Of a DNA stretch of 64,000 nucleotides, positions 24,500 through 38,100 are shown piece by piece. The notes below the pieces were generated by a model. That model had not been told where the DNA came from. It saw only the letters and a list, made by a program, of their open reading frames with translations, and did no database searches. The translations under genes and the position numbers were made by a program. Source of the stretch: Lama guanicoe (lineage: Eukaryota); contig MU054001.1 in NCBI GenBank assembly GCA_013239625.1, forward strand, positions 747,884-811,883, written 5' to 3'. Each line of letters opens with the position of its first letter. Position 1 is the first letter of the stretch.

Positions 24500-26200
24500 A
24501 GAAGGAGTGGAGGCAAGGGGGTCTAGAAGATTCCGGGGGTTGGGGGGGAGATGACAAGAGAGGGCAAGGGTGAATGGGGCCGTCTCCGTGGGGGATGCTC
24601 AGTAACTCTCTCCCCCTTTATGCTGAGGGACAGGGGCTCATTTGCTCGATCTGGGGTGACAGCAGCCGGTTTTGTTACAGTGGAGCCAGAGTTTTAAATA
24701 AGCGCAGCTCTTGGAGGTCGCAGGCCGCGTTCGTTATCTTAGCCATGGGAGGGCATGGAAATCGGAGGCGTTTTGGCAAGGGCAGCATAAATCCAGTGTT
24801 TGTGAGGGGCCGACCCAGCCAGGGAGGAAGGAATGCACAGTTTTCCTTTGACGGTGTGATTTCCTGCTTCTCGCTGGAGAGGTTGTCTGGGCTCGACGCA
24901 GAAGCAAAATCTGCATCAGTTACTTGAAAGGAAACCAGCCCTATTCCTGAAGGTTTGGCAGCAGAAATATTCATTGTTGAGAAAAGGGAAGAAAAAAAAA
25001 TGCCTAATGAACTCCCCTCTCTTCGGTAGTTTCAAAGGCCTCTTGTGTTGGTGGCTGCTTTTTTTTTTTTCCCTTGCAGAGTTCTTAGGAACTCTCATTA
25101 GCCCCTCAATAAATGCTGCTTTAAGGGCTTGTAACTTTGTCATTAAATCTTCACTCCAAGATGAATTAAGGCTGCAACCAAGAAATGCCTTCCCCACCCC
25201 CAACGAGCTTCTTTACAATTACCAAAAAGGCAGGAAAATAGATTTGTGGGGGATTTTTAGCACTCGTTTACGCGCCTTCCTGTCAAACAGTGATTAATTC
25301 AGGGCCACTTAAGTTTTTCCAAACTTTCATCCATAATGGGCACGTTGACATTTTTATTTGAATCTCTTTACGCCATCCAAAATAATCTCCTTCAACAACA
25401 GAAACTGCTGGTTAATTGCCACAGAGCAGCTGTTACCTCTTCTCCGTCGACAGCCTTTTTCAGGACGGTTTTTGAGCTTGGTGCCTGTGGAACACACGGG
25501 CCGGCGACAGCAGCGTGTCAGGTGGGTTGATTGAATGGCCCCCTTGTTCCTGACTGTCTGTGTCTGCACTGGCATCAGGGCCAAACAAAGCCCTTCGCAT
25601 CTAAATATAGCATTTTCTTTGGCCCTGGGCCCTCACTGTCTTGTTTTGCCATTCTTCCACGCTCTAAAGCAAATATAAGAGAGCCGCGTTTCAACATGAC
25701 TTATTTTTACCCAGATTTGCATACTCCTCGGGTCAGATTGCATCCTGGAAATAGACGTTCATGCACAATTAATCTGATTTTCCGGTTAATTGAAGGCTAA
25801 CCAGAAAACAGCTCTGAAAATGCACTCCCACTACAGAGTCTTCTGAGAATGTGTTTAGACACTTTCAGAAAGCAGAATCTCGGGACTAGAAGAGCCGCTG
25901 GCATCCATGTGCACGGATCCCAGGGAGGTGGCAGGCGGCACCTCTGAAGTCAGCTGAGTTACCTGCCTTTCCGTTTTCGGCACAACCCCTTCCAGTTTCG
26001 AACAGTTTTTGTTCTTGGCTATTTCCTTCTTATACTTCCTGCCTTAATTATTATGAAGTCCAGTGAAACGTTTTTCAAATATTTTTAATTGTTCACTCAA
26101 TGACGGGGAGCCGGAGGGCCTTCGGGGTCCTGCGTTGACCACAGTTCTGTTCACGTGGAGATCCTAGTGCCTGGGTGTGGCTGGGTGGCTCTTTTGGAGC
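24500..26200. promoter_or_regulatory. Candidate enhancer or alternative promoter (repeat-free, CpG-retaining)
   Basis: No recognisable repeats; 13 CpGs counted in 24661-24900; adjacent CTGTCA and TGATTAAT at 25280-25298. Confidence 0.45.
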
Positions 26201-26430
26201 CGTGAACCATCTGTAGCGATCACAGATGCTCCAAATTTCTTTTCTTATCATCTACTCTTCTCCAAGAGTGGGCTAAGCTAAACCAATCCAGATATTTGGA
26301 ATCCACTCAGATGAGGTCCGTTCGTCCGTTTGTAAGGATAGCCCTTACTGAATGGAGCATCGGGCCCATCTGGCCATTGCCAGCAGTTGTGTAGTTTCCT
26401 TATTATAAAATAAATGTCTGTAACTGCTGT

Positions 26431-26485
26431 AAAAAAAAAAAAGAAAAAGAAAGAAAGAAAAAGAAAAAAGGAAAGGAAGAAAAAT
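26431..26485. repeat. A-rich/(GAAA)n tract
   Basis: Directly visible. Confidence 0.9.
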
Positions 26486-29400
26486 GGGTAATTTAAAATG
26501 ATCGATCTACTCTTTTCTGACTGTAAAGGTAATATGTGTTATAATAAGTTCAAACAATACAGAAAAGTGAGAGAAAGTGAAAGTTCCCTGAAGTCCTGCA
26601 GAAATAGAATCTTTTGCAATTAAGAAGAAAATAGCACCTGGTCCAGGCCCATGTGGCGGTTTTATGGCCTTGAATCTAGATATGATTACAGGTGGGCATC
26701 TACAGTTTAAGCAGTCAACACCACCACCTGCTTCCTCTGTCTTCTAAGCACTGATAGAAACTCCAGTCAGCCTTCTAGCCCCTCTGGAGGGCCCAGCTGA
26801 GAACACTGTTATTCAAGGAGATCTGAGGATCGTGATAGCCAGATACCCCTCCAAGCCCCAGATTTCTATCTTCGGATCAAGTTGGACACCAGAATCCTGC
26901 TTATTTGTGCCGGATTCATTTAGCACAGGGTAAGGAGTTCTACAGCACACAGGTGGTCAGTCGTCTGCCCTCTTCTCTACTCAGCCTTGATATGGCCTTG
27001 AATTCTTCTCACAAGAGGCTCTGTGAACCACCAGGCAACTGGAGTGGGTACTAGACAGGAGCCCAGTTGCCTTACTTTTTCACTCCAGCTCTGTGAATTT
27101 AGCGACTACATCTGCTCTCAAGTTGACATTTAACTTCTCATTTCATTGCCACCTTAAAAAGAACCTTGAGTGTAAAGTTTATTTTACAATGAAGTGCCTG
27201 GAAATCTTTCTCCCTTCTGAAGACTTGTCTGCTCAAGTGAAGCGAGTCTTTATCATTGATCATCATTCCCTTTTCACTCTTGCTGCCAGGAAGCTCTGAG
27301 TCAGATCTCAAAGTTCAGTGGTAACAAACATAATGAGCCTTATGATTGCCCTGTTTGCAGGCTCATTTTTTCTTATCCAGAGTGTTTCTATCCTATGTGT
27401 TTTTATTGTAGACAGCCTCTTATCAAAGAGGCAAAAGTATAAATAGATAAATTTTAACAATCATGCAGCAGATCTCATGTCTTAGAACGCAGGCCTCGGT
27501 CTGGAAGCTCTTTTTATTTTCTTTCATGCTTATAAACATATCCATGGCTTTGCATTCTATCTAAGAAGAAAGTTTGGCTGCCAACACAATGTAATTGGAG
27601 CTGGAAAGGGGAAATAAAACTGGGTTGATGGCCTGGATATAGGATGCCTTTATTTTCAGCCTTTTGAGAATGTTCTTTTGGCCCATTTTACAGATAAGCA
27701 AGGGCAGTCATGAAGGAGGAGTTGGCTTCCAGGGGCCAACAGATTGTGTCTCAGTGGCATGATACTCCGGAGTCCTGCCTCCAGGCCACTCTGCCTTGCA
27801 ATCTCCTGCAGCCTTGTGCATTTCAAAAGTGCTTCTGCACTCCCGCTCCTGGGTCCTTCCAAAGGCTGCTGGGGAGCACACTGAATTCCTACTTTGTTTA
27901 GCAATCAGAATCTCGAAGACTTTGGAAAAGCATGAAATCTTTAAAGGAAAGAACGTCGTTAGGTGCTTGGCTTCCAACCCCCCAATATGGAGAGACAATC
28001 CAAATACACAAAATTAGAAAAACATACACAGAATGGTCATTTAAAATTCGCAGCTGTCAACATCAAGTATTCTGTGTGAGAGAAAGAATGTACGAACCAT
28101 CGGGTTAACAAAATAGCTGCAGATGGATGGGTTCGAGGCTGGGACGAGGCTGGCATTGTCTGCGCTGTTTGCAGAGGCTCATTTGCATCCCAGGACAAAG
28201 GTTCCCTGTTGGAGACCCTTTCTCTCCATCCTCCTCCTCAAAAAGGCAGCCGGCCATCCGCAGTGAAGATAGTGTGCCTCCGTCCTCCCATCAGAAACCT
28301 ACAGGAATGAACACAAATCTGTTATTTTAACACAACGTGGGCACAAAGTGGTGTTTTCACTCTGAATAAAGCCAGGGAAAGCCAAAGAATGGGGCCTTTT
28401 ATTTGCAGGAGATACTCAAAGGAAGCAAGATTGAACTGTAGGCCAGCGTGTATGAATAAAGTTGTTAGAGAATTTGCAGCCTGTGGTCTGGGAGCTGCAC
28501 TGTAAGTTTGCTGACTGTCAGCTTGAAGCACTTTGCATCAGAATGCATAATTGCATCTGTTAATGAAATTTTTAGCCCAGTTCTCCAACAGAGAGTAAAT
28601 TTCATTTTCCCTCCACTTTTCATACTGCCTGGGAGAGAAGACTTTTTTTTTTCAATTTAATAAACATGATTGACAACAGAAAAAATGTAGATTTACTTTC
28701 TTTCTATTATGACTGTATTTTGGAGTCCAGAATGAACACATGGATTTTGCTGATGATTACACGGCAGCCCATTAACAGTGGCATTCATTTCGCAAATTCT
28801 AAAGGCCCTATCTTATGACTCTTGTCATAAGATCAAACAATTGGAAAGTGGCACGACGAAATGTTTAAAAATACACCGAGACTAAGGACATTTTAAGCCC
28901 CATGTCTAACGTGAATTGCCAGGGTAGAAAGGGCAAGTCAGTGGGAAAGACGAGCCTCTGAGGCCAGGGCAGCCTCTAAGCGCATCACTTGGAATCCTGG
29001 GGCTCCCATCCCACCTTTCAAGAGGGCTGAGCTCCAACTGCCTCAGTCTTTTCCCACTGCCTTTGAACTTCAAACGTGGCATTGCCCCACTGGGCAGCTG
29101 GTCTGTCCTTTGCCCAAGGTCACGATGATTATTAGTAGAAGATGTGGGACCAGCACCCTGACCTACCTGGATTATGGAAGGGGGCCTGGGGTATCTATCC
29201 CCTTTCCTCTCTCCCCTCTCCCGCCCTCATTCTCAGTGCTCCCTTCCCGAGAGGAAGGGTTAAGAGTCCACCTCTCCCGTGTGGCCGGGGGACTAGCACA
29301 GGAAAGATGGCTTCAACTGAGGCTGAGAAACCCAGAGGACATGGTGATTTCTGAGGCCGTGGCCTGAGGCGCCATGAGTCTGGGGGCAGTGACAGTCCAG

Positions 29401-30199
29401 CCCTGCTCCAGAGAGCGGCCCCATGACGTAACTGAGGGCCTTGACACCAGCTCTTTAAATCAGGGTCTCCTTTAGGGGCGCCCCACTGCCATTGTTTCTA
29501 ATGGCCTTCATCCCAGGCCTGAGGGGCAGGTTAAATAATTTTTCTTTTTTAACCACTGAGGAAACCGTCATGTTTGAGTAGAAGAGAGAGAGAAAAAAGT
29601 CAGTCTCCCAGAGCAGACGTAATCATCTCATGATCTGGTTTCCCTGGGCCTCTGGCTTGCAGAGCTAAGCCTTCAGGATGGTTCCGGGAAGATGAGGGTG
29701 GGACTGTCCCCCATTGAGTTTGGGAGAGCACACTTAGGAGTGAGGGTACCAGTGGCATCTTCCGAGCCCTGAGCCGGAGCTGGCCTGTGACATCTGTGAG
29801 AGTCATCTGCGGGCAGAGCAGCAGACTGGTCCCTGCCGTGCCCCGGCCCTGGTGTCGTGTGGTCATATACCTGTGTCCAAATGAGAGGTCACATGAGATC
29901 TTCGGGGTGAAAGAGCTTTGTAAACTATAAAGCACCAGACAAATGTCAATGTGTTTTCGTTATTAGTAGCACGGGCCCTCCCCTGCCAAGGAGACTATTA
30001 AATTTTTTTTGGTCTGAGTTTGGTTTTTTTTTAATTGTTACCAAATATTTATTGAGAGCCTAGGCACTCGAGAACAATAAATCAGATCATGTCAGTCCCG
30101 CGTCAGACCACTCCAGGGCTGCTCACAACATGTAGAATAGCTTTCATAATAGAGGCCTGGGCTGCAGCCTCTTCCTCTTCATTTCCCTCCATTGCCCCC

Positions 30200-30605
30200 T
30201 GCCCGCCTCTGCCCCAGCCGGGGTGCCCTCCTCGCTGCCTCTCAGACAGGCCAGTCTCACCTCCACTTAGAGCCTTTGGGTGTGCTGCTGAATCAGTCCA
30301 GAAAACACCATCTCCTCCACTTAGGTCTCCACTCAGATGTCGCTTCCTTGACTGTACTCTCTAACCACCCCTACACCTGGGACTCTTCATCCGCTCACCT
30401 TGCTTTAAGGTTCTTCAGAGCCCTTATCATAATCTGAAGTTGTTGAAGATGTGTGTGTATGCGCACGTGTGTGTGTGTATGTGTGCGTGTGTGTGTGAGG
30501 TATGCATTCCACCCATGGCTCTAAGCCCCTGGTACCTGGCATACAGTAGGTGCTCGGTAGCACCTGGCACACAACAGGTGCTCAATTCACATTTATGGGA
30601 TGAGT
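30200..30605 (+). mobile_element. L2 fragment with internal imperfect (TG)n at 30450-30497
   Basis: Tail 'cctggcatacagtaggtgctc...cctggcacacaacaggtgctcaattc'. Confidence 0.65.
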
Positions 30606-30859
30606 GCCAAGGGGATGCAAAGATGAGAAGAAACCAAGGGGCTACAGTCCTGCCCTTTATCTCATGGGTTTTAGAAGGGAAGCAAGAATAATAACGCAAT
30701 GTGTACTTTGTGACTTAGCATGGAAGACTCAGACACCCAAGTTCTTTTTCATAAGAAGGCTTGCCCGAGATTGAGGATCTGGTTTCTAAAATCTCTTCTG
30801 AGCCAGGAGTTTTGGGGGAGAGAAATACAAAGACCAGAGTCCAGAGAGCCAGGGAAGAG

Positions 30860-31375
30860 ATTTCAGGGGTGGACACAGACTGGGAGGGCCACCCAGCGCC
30901 CAGTGACCCCCAGTGACTTGGACGGGTGTTACCACCTCTCTGTGAGTGAATGCCAGCCACAGGGGGCCTCCTCTCTGCCTCACCAGTTGGTGGAAGCCTG
31001 AGCACCTCACGGCAGCTGAGCCCATCAGCCTCCTTCAACCCCAGGCCAAGGTGGCCGGCAGCCCTTAGCCAGGCCAGTCGGGACCTCCCCTAGGGATCTG
31101 CCAGTTGAAACTAGAGGAAAAAGCGATTTTCCTCCCCAGTCGCAAAGCTGTGAGGATATGAGGCTGGAAACAGCCTGCAGCGGAAGTTCTAGCTGTTAAG
31201 CATCGGGCACAGGAGAATCAGCGCGGAGCCGAGAGGGAGTGATGGAGACAGACAGAGAAGATTGGGGCCGGTTCTGCCTCCATGCCCTCCCTTCCCTTCA
31301 GTCCGGAGTCACTCAGTCCTCGCTTTCTGCCTACACTGGCTCGACCTGGGTTTTTTAAATCAACCAAGTATGCCC
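30860..31375 (+). mobile_element. Ancient ERVL-type LTR (LTR16-like)
   Basis: 3' end 'tttctgcctacactggctcgacctgggtttttt...caaccaagtatgccctga' resembles LTR16 termini. Confidence 0.45.
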
Positions 31376-31829
31376 TGATGAGCGAATTTTTACTTAAAAC
31401 TAGTTATTTATCATAAAATAAGCACATAAGTTTAGTCTAAAAATGCGAGCACTCCAGGAGATCATAAAGTGAAAAGTGCTCTTGCTCCCTGTCCCCCACT
31501 CCCTCCTCTGCCGCACGCCCCCCTCCGCAGTTTCACTCCCCAGAGGTAACCGGCAACCCCTTGTTAAACTGATTATCCTTCTTACTGTCATTTGACCAAC
31601 TTCTGGCAAGCATTTTGAAAAGCAGCAGAAAATCTTTCGTAATTTTGATTTATCTGATTGTAATATATATTACCCTTGTAGATTTTCAAACAATGGGTTA
31701 TTCAGTCATTTATTTCAGTCAGCTCTGTCTGCATTAGTAAATGTTTTGACATGAGCCATTTATTTCAGAGATGAATGATTCATTTGGGTATTTCTCAACA
31801 ACATAAAATAATAGTGTGGGTGAGGGCAT

Positions 31830-32205
31830 TGCTGACTTTTTGGCAGGGGCTGAGTTATTCCCTCTCACATTCTTTATCCCGGTCGTTGTGCATTGCATAG
31901 ACTAGGAGCACAGTCTGTGTTGGAATGGATGAAGAATTTGGTGAATAGGAGCCCAGGACAGAAGGGGAAAGAATGTGGCTGTACTGAGTGACTTCAAAGG
32001 ACCGTGGGCTTGGCGTACTCTATCTGCTTTATCTCTTCTAGGTGACTCTGTAACCTGGAGTGGCTCTAGTCCTTGTCTTTCTCCAGCTGATCCTTTGGCT
32101 TTTCGTTTCATGATATGGCTACTCTACGTTTCTCCAACTAATTCACTTTGCTGAGGTCAGTCAGTGCTGCTCTCTGTGGCTTGCAACCCAAGAACCCTAA
32201 GTAAC
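31830..32205 (+). mobile_element. Ancient ERVL-type LTR fragment
   Basis: Ends 'tctgtggcttgcaacccaagaaccctaagtaaca', a typical LTR16/LTR33-type terminus. Confidence 0.5.
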
Positions 32206-32809
32206 AGAGAAATCGGTGCATCAAAAGTAGGGTGCAACAGTCTGGGCAGGAAACAGATGTAGCCCCATTTACAAATGGTGGACATGAAGCGACAGATGCA
32301 TTCAGTGCTTTGCTTCAGCCTACATAGCTCGGGAGCGGCCAAACAGGAATTCACTCAGGTCTGTCAGGGCACAAAAGTTTGGCCCTCTCTTCCACTCTGT
32401 GGCCAGGTGCCAAGACTCTGGCACAGAAACAGATTCTTTCTAGAGGCCAAAGAAAGCATGACTGAACTTGCATGGCTCTCACCTAGAGTCGGTCTGCATT
32501 GGTTTTGCAGAAGATGGCCTCTTCCAGAAGTCTGCAGGATTTATCCCTGGGGACTTTCCTAGATCCTTGTTGAGGCAATGGCATGGCTTAGACACTTACA
32601 AAGCAACGTGTAGGGGAGGTAAATCATAAACAAGAAACTAATGCACTGTTCTCCTCCTTCTCTTTCATATCCCTAAATGTTTCATGTGTGTCCCTTTCCC
32701 CCTCTGCTGTCTTCACTACATAGTTAAAAAGAAGAGGGACCTAGCCTCTATGATGAATATGGATTGTTTGTTTCAGGTGTGTTACTTTGTCTTACACGAT
32801 ATTTTACAA

Positions 32810-33050
32810 AGTGGTCAGAAGCACAGACACTAGAGCCAGATTTCCTGTGCTTAAATCCCAGCTCTGCCACTTGTGCAACTTTGTTGTGTGTGATAAATTC
32901 CTAGCTAGCTCGAGGCCTCTGTTTTCTCATCTGTAAAATGGGCTTACTAATAAAAACTCATGTCTTCTAAGATTGTTGTAAGGGTTAAAAAGTTAACTTG
33001 GCTAAAACACTCAGAGCATAGTACAGAGTAGGTGCTGTATCTGCTATCAG
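32810..33050 (+). mobile_element. MIR SINE
   Basis: 'agagccagatttcctgtgcttaaatcccagctctgccactt...tttctcatctgtaaaatggg'. Confidence 0.9.
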
Positions 33051-34729
33051 TATCTTCCTTAATTTAATATTATTTTACTATTTAAACTTTTGATTATATG
33101 TTAAGGTTTCGGGAAACCTGAGCAGATGAAATGTTTTGAATTCTGCAGGTCCACATGTGTGAACTTTGCAGTTCAGAACAGTAGCTCAGAGTCTGAGATT
33201 AAGGCCTAGGTCTTGAGGCAACAATTGACTGGTAGCAATAGGAGCATAAATAGAATCCTGCTTCGTGGATATTCTAATTATTCTTTCCTCTTTGACATGA
33301 TTCCATGTTTAGCTGCATAACATTAAGCAATACTTACGCAGTTCGGGAAAGGGCAATTTAGAAAGATCAGACTCAGTGATCTTAAAGCCATGATGTATGG
33401 TTCAGTGAAAGTATAAGTAGGTCAAATACCTCTAACAGAATTAGCTGAAATTATGCAAGCTATTATATTGGATATTACTGTTTGAACATTTTGTATAAAC
33501 TGCAGTAATACACATTCGTCTTTATAGGATGAGTCAAGACTTAAAACTAATTCCGGCGAATTAAGAATTGTATTTTCCAAGACTTAACTACCACAATTTG
33601 ACTGCAGCTGTAAAAATTTTATTAGGCAATACATCTGACCTCAGATTGGAAATTTGTGTTGGAAGCAGTCTAGGAAATAATTATTGCTGTGTTGTTAATT
33701 TTATATTTGCCTAATAAAACACAGCAGGAGCAACAGGGTTGGATGACTATAACAAAAGAAAGCCCTTGGACATGCTTTAAACAAGTGTTTTCAACCTAGC
33801 TGGAACGCCGCGCAGGAACGTGTGTATCTGATGAACGCAGTTCCTGCTGACGTTGTGGAATTAATAGTTCTTGGCTATCAGACTGTGAAAAAGGAACGTG
33901 TTGGCGTGTTTGCATCCTTCACACCAGCCAATAAGAAGTGTCACTGTGTGCCCACCTTAAACTGTTTGCCTGGGTAAAGTTTAATTTCCTCACAGAGCTC
34001 CAGCCTCCCAGGAACACACAGGTACACGTGACATTGACACTCAGCCTACGGCTCACTCCTGTCTGTCCGGTTTGCATTGTGAAGAGTATGAGCAGAGAAA
34101 GATCAACTGCTCCTAGGAGCGCGTGTCTTTGTTGTGCTGTCAGCACTGTTGCTGTTATTGTGGAGAGAGGGCTAGTTATTTCATGCCGTTGTGTGAATGG
34201 ATAGTACGTTTCCTTATGCTAGTATCATCTTCTAGTATCTTCTAGTAGAATCTAGTATCTTCTCATATCATCTCAAAGACAGAATTTGAAGTTATAAACT
34301 GTGCGTTAGTGCATACTTGCTACTGGTTCCTGTGGGGCAGGGTTATCCAAAAGCTGGGACACAAGATTCACACCATGAGCAAGTCATTCCTTTGACAGTC
34401 CTCTCATGATCCTTTGGGTGGCATCAATCAAGAACATCTCAGTTTGATAGAAGGATATCCTTGACACTTTTTAAACTCTTGTTCGTCTCCATTTTTAGCA
34501 AAGATGGGGGAAGACTTGAGCTCAGGGCTGTGGAGGCAATAGTGGCTGGCTAGACTTTAATGATGTTGAAATGTTTGCTCTGCCTTTTTTATGGTTGTAT
34601 TTGATCTAGGGTAAATCGACATGGTTTTTCATTTACGATAGGGATCGAGTGTCTAAAATAATTTCAACATAGAATAGTGTAACTGATTTTAAGGAAAATG
34701 TTCAGTAAATATTAATAAAGTAGTCCTTG

Positions 34730-35190
34730 GGTAAGGCAAAACCAAGAAGGTTGTTCTTAGAAGCATAAATGGCATGCTGAAAGAATTTTAGCTGGAAAGA
34801 GGTTAATGAAATGACTAGCTACAGAGACGTGAACAGGGTTAGGGGGACCAAGGAAAGTCGGTGAGCACCCAGAGCTAGGAACTGCGGGCAGCCAGTGGCC
34901 TCAGAGGACTGAGTGTGATAGGAGGGAAGGTTTTCCCAGAGTCAAGTGAGACCTTGGACTATGGAGGTGGGAGACAGTTAACTCCTTGGGAAGCAGGGGA
35001 ATAAATACCCTGACCTCTCTCTGCTTCCATCTTCCAACATCCTGCTGATGCCTTCTATCAGCCCAACCCAACCAGAAATCAAGGTCAAGGGAGAGGCCAG
35101 GAGACCTAGTCCTCAGTGGTCAGCCTCCTAGGGCACAGAGCATGATGGAGAAGGAAGGGAGCAGGGGCCGGCAAATGGACAGAAGCCAGA
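34730..35190 (-). mobile_element. LTR33-like ERVL LTR
   Basis: 'ataaataccctgacctctctct...ctgctgatgccttctatcagcccaacccaaccagaa...gtcagcctcctagggcacagagc'. Confidence 0.7.
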
Positions 35191-38100
35191 ACCACGGTGC
35201 TTCAGTGACTAAAATTTGGGAGATATGGCTGGGATATCTAGAGAAAGGGGAGATGGTGATCTGGGGAAAGGGAACTGACTTTTGAAAGCCTACCCTGTAT
35301 TTTGCATGGGTCGAATATCCTTAATGTGCTTTATTTCAGTATTTATATCATTAGTGAGTTTCTGAGCTGGATTCAGGGGGAAAAGTCGGATGTTAAGAAT
35401 TGGAGATGGATGAGAGGAGACATTTATGATAGAGGCAGTTCTACAAGTAAAGGCCTAAAGTGAGGAAGTTACTGGATAGGATTCAAAACTAGCAAACATC
35501 TAGCTTGGCAGCAATGTGTCTTGCGCAGCAGAAGCAGGCTCGTGATGTGTTTGTTCTACTGGACGGAATGCGGCCTCAATAGTGAGAAACAGGTTTGAAA
35601 ATGTGATTGAGGTCAGATTATAGAGTTTTGAGTGCCAAGCCAAAGAATGTGTATGCAAAATTATGAGTTGATTTTTAGACTTTTAATCTTGCAGAGAAAA
35701 GGCATAGCACCTTTTCAGTGTCCCGGGTCTTAAAACTAAGAGATGGATGTTATGGCCTTGCCTTTACAGAGCTCACAGCCAGCCTTGCAAGCTGCGGGTT
35801 ACTGCATGGTGCGCTAAGGCCACGGCGGAGGGGCTGTGGGAACAGAGAAGGACTCCTAACTCATGATGGGTCAGAAGGCTTCTAGAGGAAGAGGGTTCCT
35901 GAGTGAGACACAGGGAAGGGCAATTGTTGATTCAACAAATGGAGGCAGAGAAAAGAAGCTCCAGGCAGAGAGATCTGTGTGTGCAAAGATCGAGAGGTGG
36001 AAGAAAATGACTGTCACGAAACAGCCGAGGTGCCTCCTCCGAGGATGTACTAGTCGTGGTGATTTTGGTAGCAAGGCACAGGAAGTCACTCAAGCTAGTG
36101 CAAATAAAAATATGGGTAATTGGAAGGGTACTAAGGGCTCCTGGAATCCAAGGATGGTACAGCCAGGTTTCAGGGATCTCACTATCAGGGGCCAGTCACC
36201 GCTCTTCAACTCTCCCCCGAGGGCTGCACAGTTTCTTATCTCTGCTTTTTCTTGCCTTACCTATTTCTGTCTCTCCCTCTTCCTTGACTTCTAATGTGGC
36301 CATCAGCCCAGAACACTGCTCAACCTGTCTGCACACCCCAATTAACTCAGCCTCTCAGCCCATACGCCCAGGAGAGGACTGAGTCCCTCACCTCAATTTA
36401 GGCAGAGTTCTTGGCACCAGACTACATCATAGAACTGTCTAGAGCTTTGTTACTTTTGGGTCCGAAACTCTGGTCCAACAGGCTGTGGCTGGGAGCTGGG
36501 GGAGCAAGGTCCCACAGTACATGTCCACTCATGTGGGGCTGTGGGTCCTGATGCCCAAATCCCAAAAGGTTCGATGGTGCCACCGACATGCAAGCTGTAG
36601 AGAAATCCAGGGATGAGTTAGTTGGTAGTCTGAATGAAGAACCAGCCCTTGAGCTGCCATCATGGTGTCCTACAGAGCCCCTCCCCTCCCCCTCCCCCAC
36701 CACCCGCCTGCCCCAATCCAATCTAAGTGTAATGACCTGAGAGCCACTTGCTTGATTGACATCCTTGCCAGGATCCACTCATTCTGGACCTAGACCGTTA
36801 ATTTCATTTGTAACAGCAAAGAAATAAATAATTCAATTAGGCATCTTTCTGCTAAACCTACGGAGAGAACTAAGTGATAGGAATCTCTCCATCAAGTTGT
36901 CAGTTTTATCTTAAACGCTCAGGGACAGAAAAGTCGCGGCAAATAACAATTTGTGATTGAGAGAAAGTATAAAGTGCCACCCTCCAGTCAGAATGTTAAT
37001 TCTTAGAATTTTGCGTTTATCTTGATGGTTATGCTTTCTTCATTTTATTCAAAGTTTAAGACTTTCTCTGATTAAAAATATACTAATAGGCTAAGAAAAA
37101 ACTCCTCCCCCCTCCTCCGCCATATTAAAATGTATTTCCCAGGAGAGAAAATAAATTTCTGTGAAATGAAAGAAAGAGCTAAGAGAGGCCCGTTTACTGA
37201 ATAAGCGTGTTTTCTTCTCGCAAAGAATGTGCTTTCAGGCAAATACACTTGTGTGCCTCTTGAGGTATGTGATGTCCGTGGCTGTAAGACAACAGTAATT
37301 TAAAAATTAGACAATTAAAAAAGGGAAAAGTTTGTCATCAATTTTAAGGTTCTGTTATGTGAATTAATATTTCTTCTTATAATGCAATATTCTGCAATTT
37401 ATCATGCAGGCACAGTCCTTGCTTCTGTATTGTAGATAATTAGTTTACATTACTCTACAGAAATGAATTGTCGCTGGTGATCTCAAGTGTCTGCTAACAA
37501 ATCATTTCTGTTAGGGGATTCATTGAGATTCTTCTCAGGCTTTCACAAAGGCTATATATGGTTTTGTCCTTAATTGTTAAATATCAGGCTGATTTAAAAA
37601 ACAAACAAAGACAAACAAACCAAAAAGTAGATCCCCAGTCCAAGAAGGCTAGAAACCTAGTCTTGTGACAAATCGGCGCTCTGTCTTCCAACTTCACAGA
37701 AAGGATTTGCGTTCTCAAGTATAATTTTCAGGATCAATATTTCTCCTCCCCCCCCCCACCCCATCCACAACTCAGCCACTAAACAAACCAACCGGGACAG
37801 TGAAGAGAGGCTTGGGACTTCTCCAGGCTGTTAATGAAACAAAATTACTATGAGTCTCGGTGCACCTTCTCCTCTGAAACTTGATCTCACCGTGAAATAC
37901 TCATGGAAAAGAAAATCGACCTCAGGATCTAATTTGGAATTCCAGTATTTGCCATCATGTGTGTGAGAGCCATATCAGGGGTCAGTTTCATCACAGGAAA
38001 AAAAAAAAAAAAGATTGTCTGATCACGTCGGGTGAGCTCAGTGCTCAGAGCTGATCTGTCTCACTGCAGCCCTGAAGGATATACATGGAGAATAGAGTCC

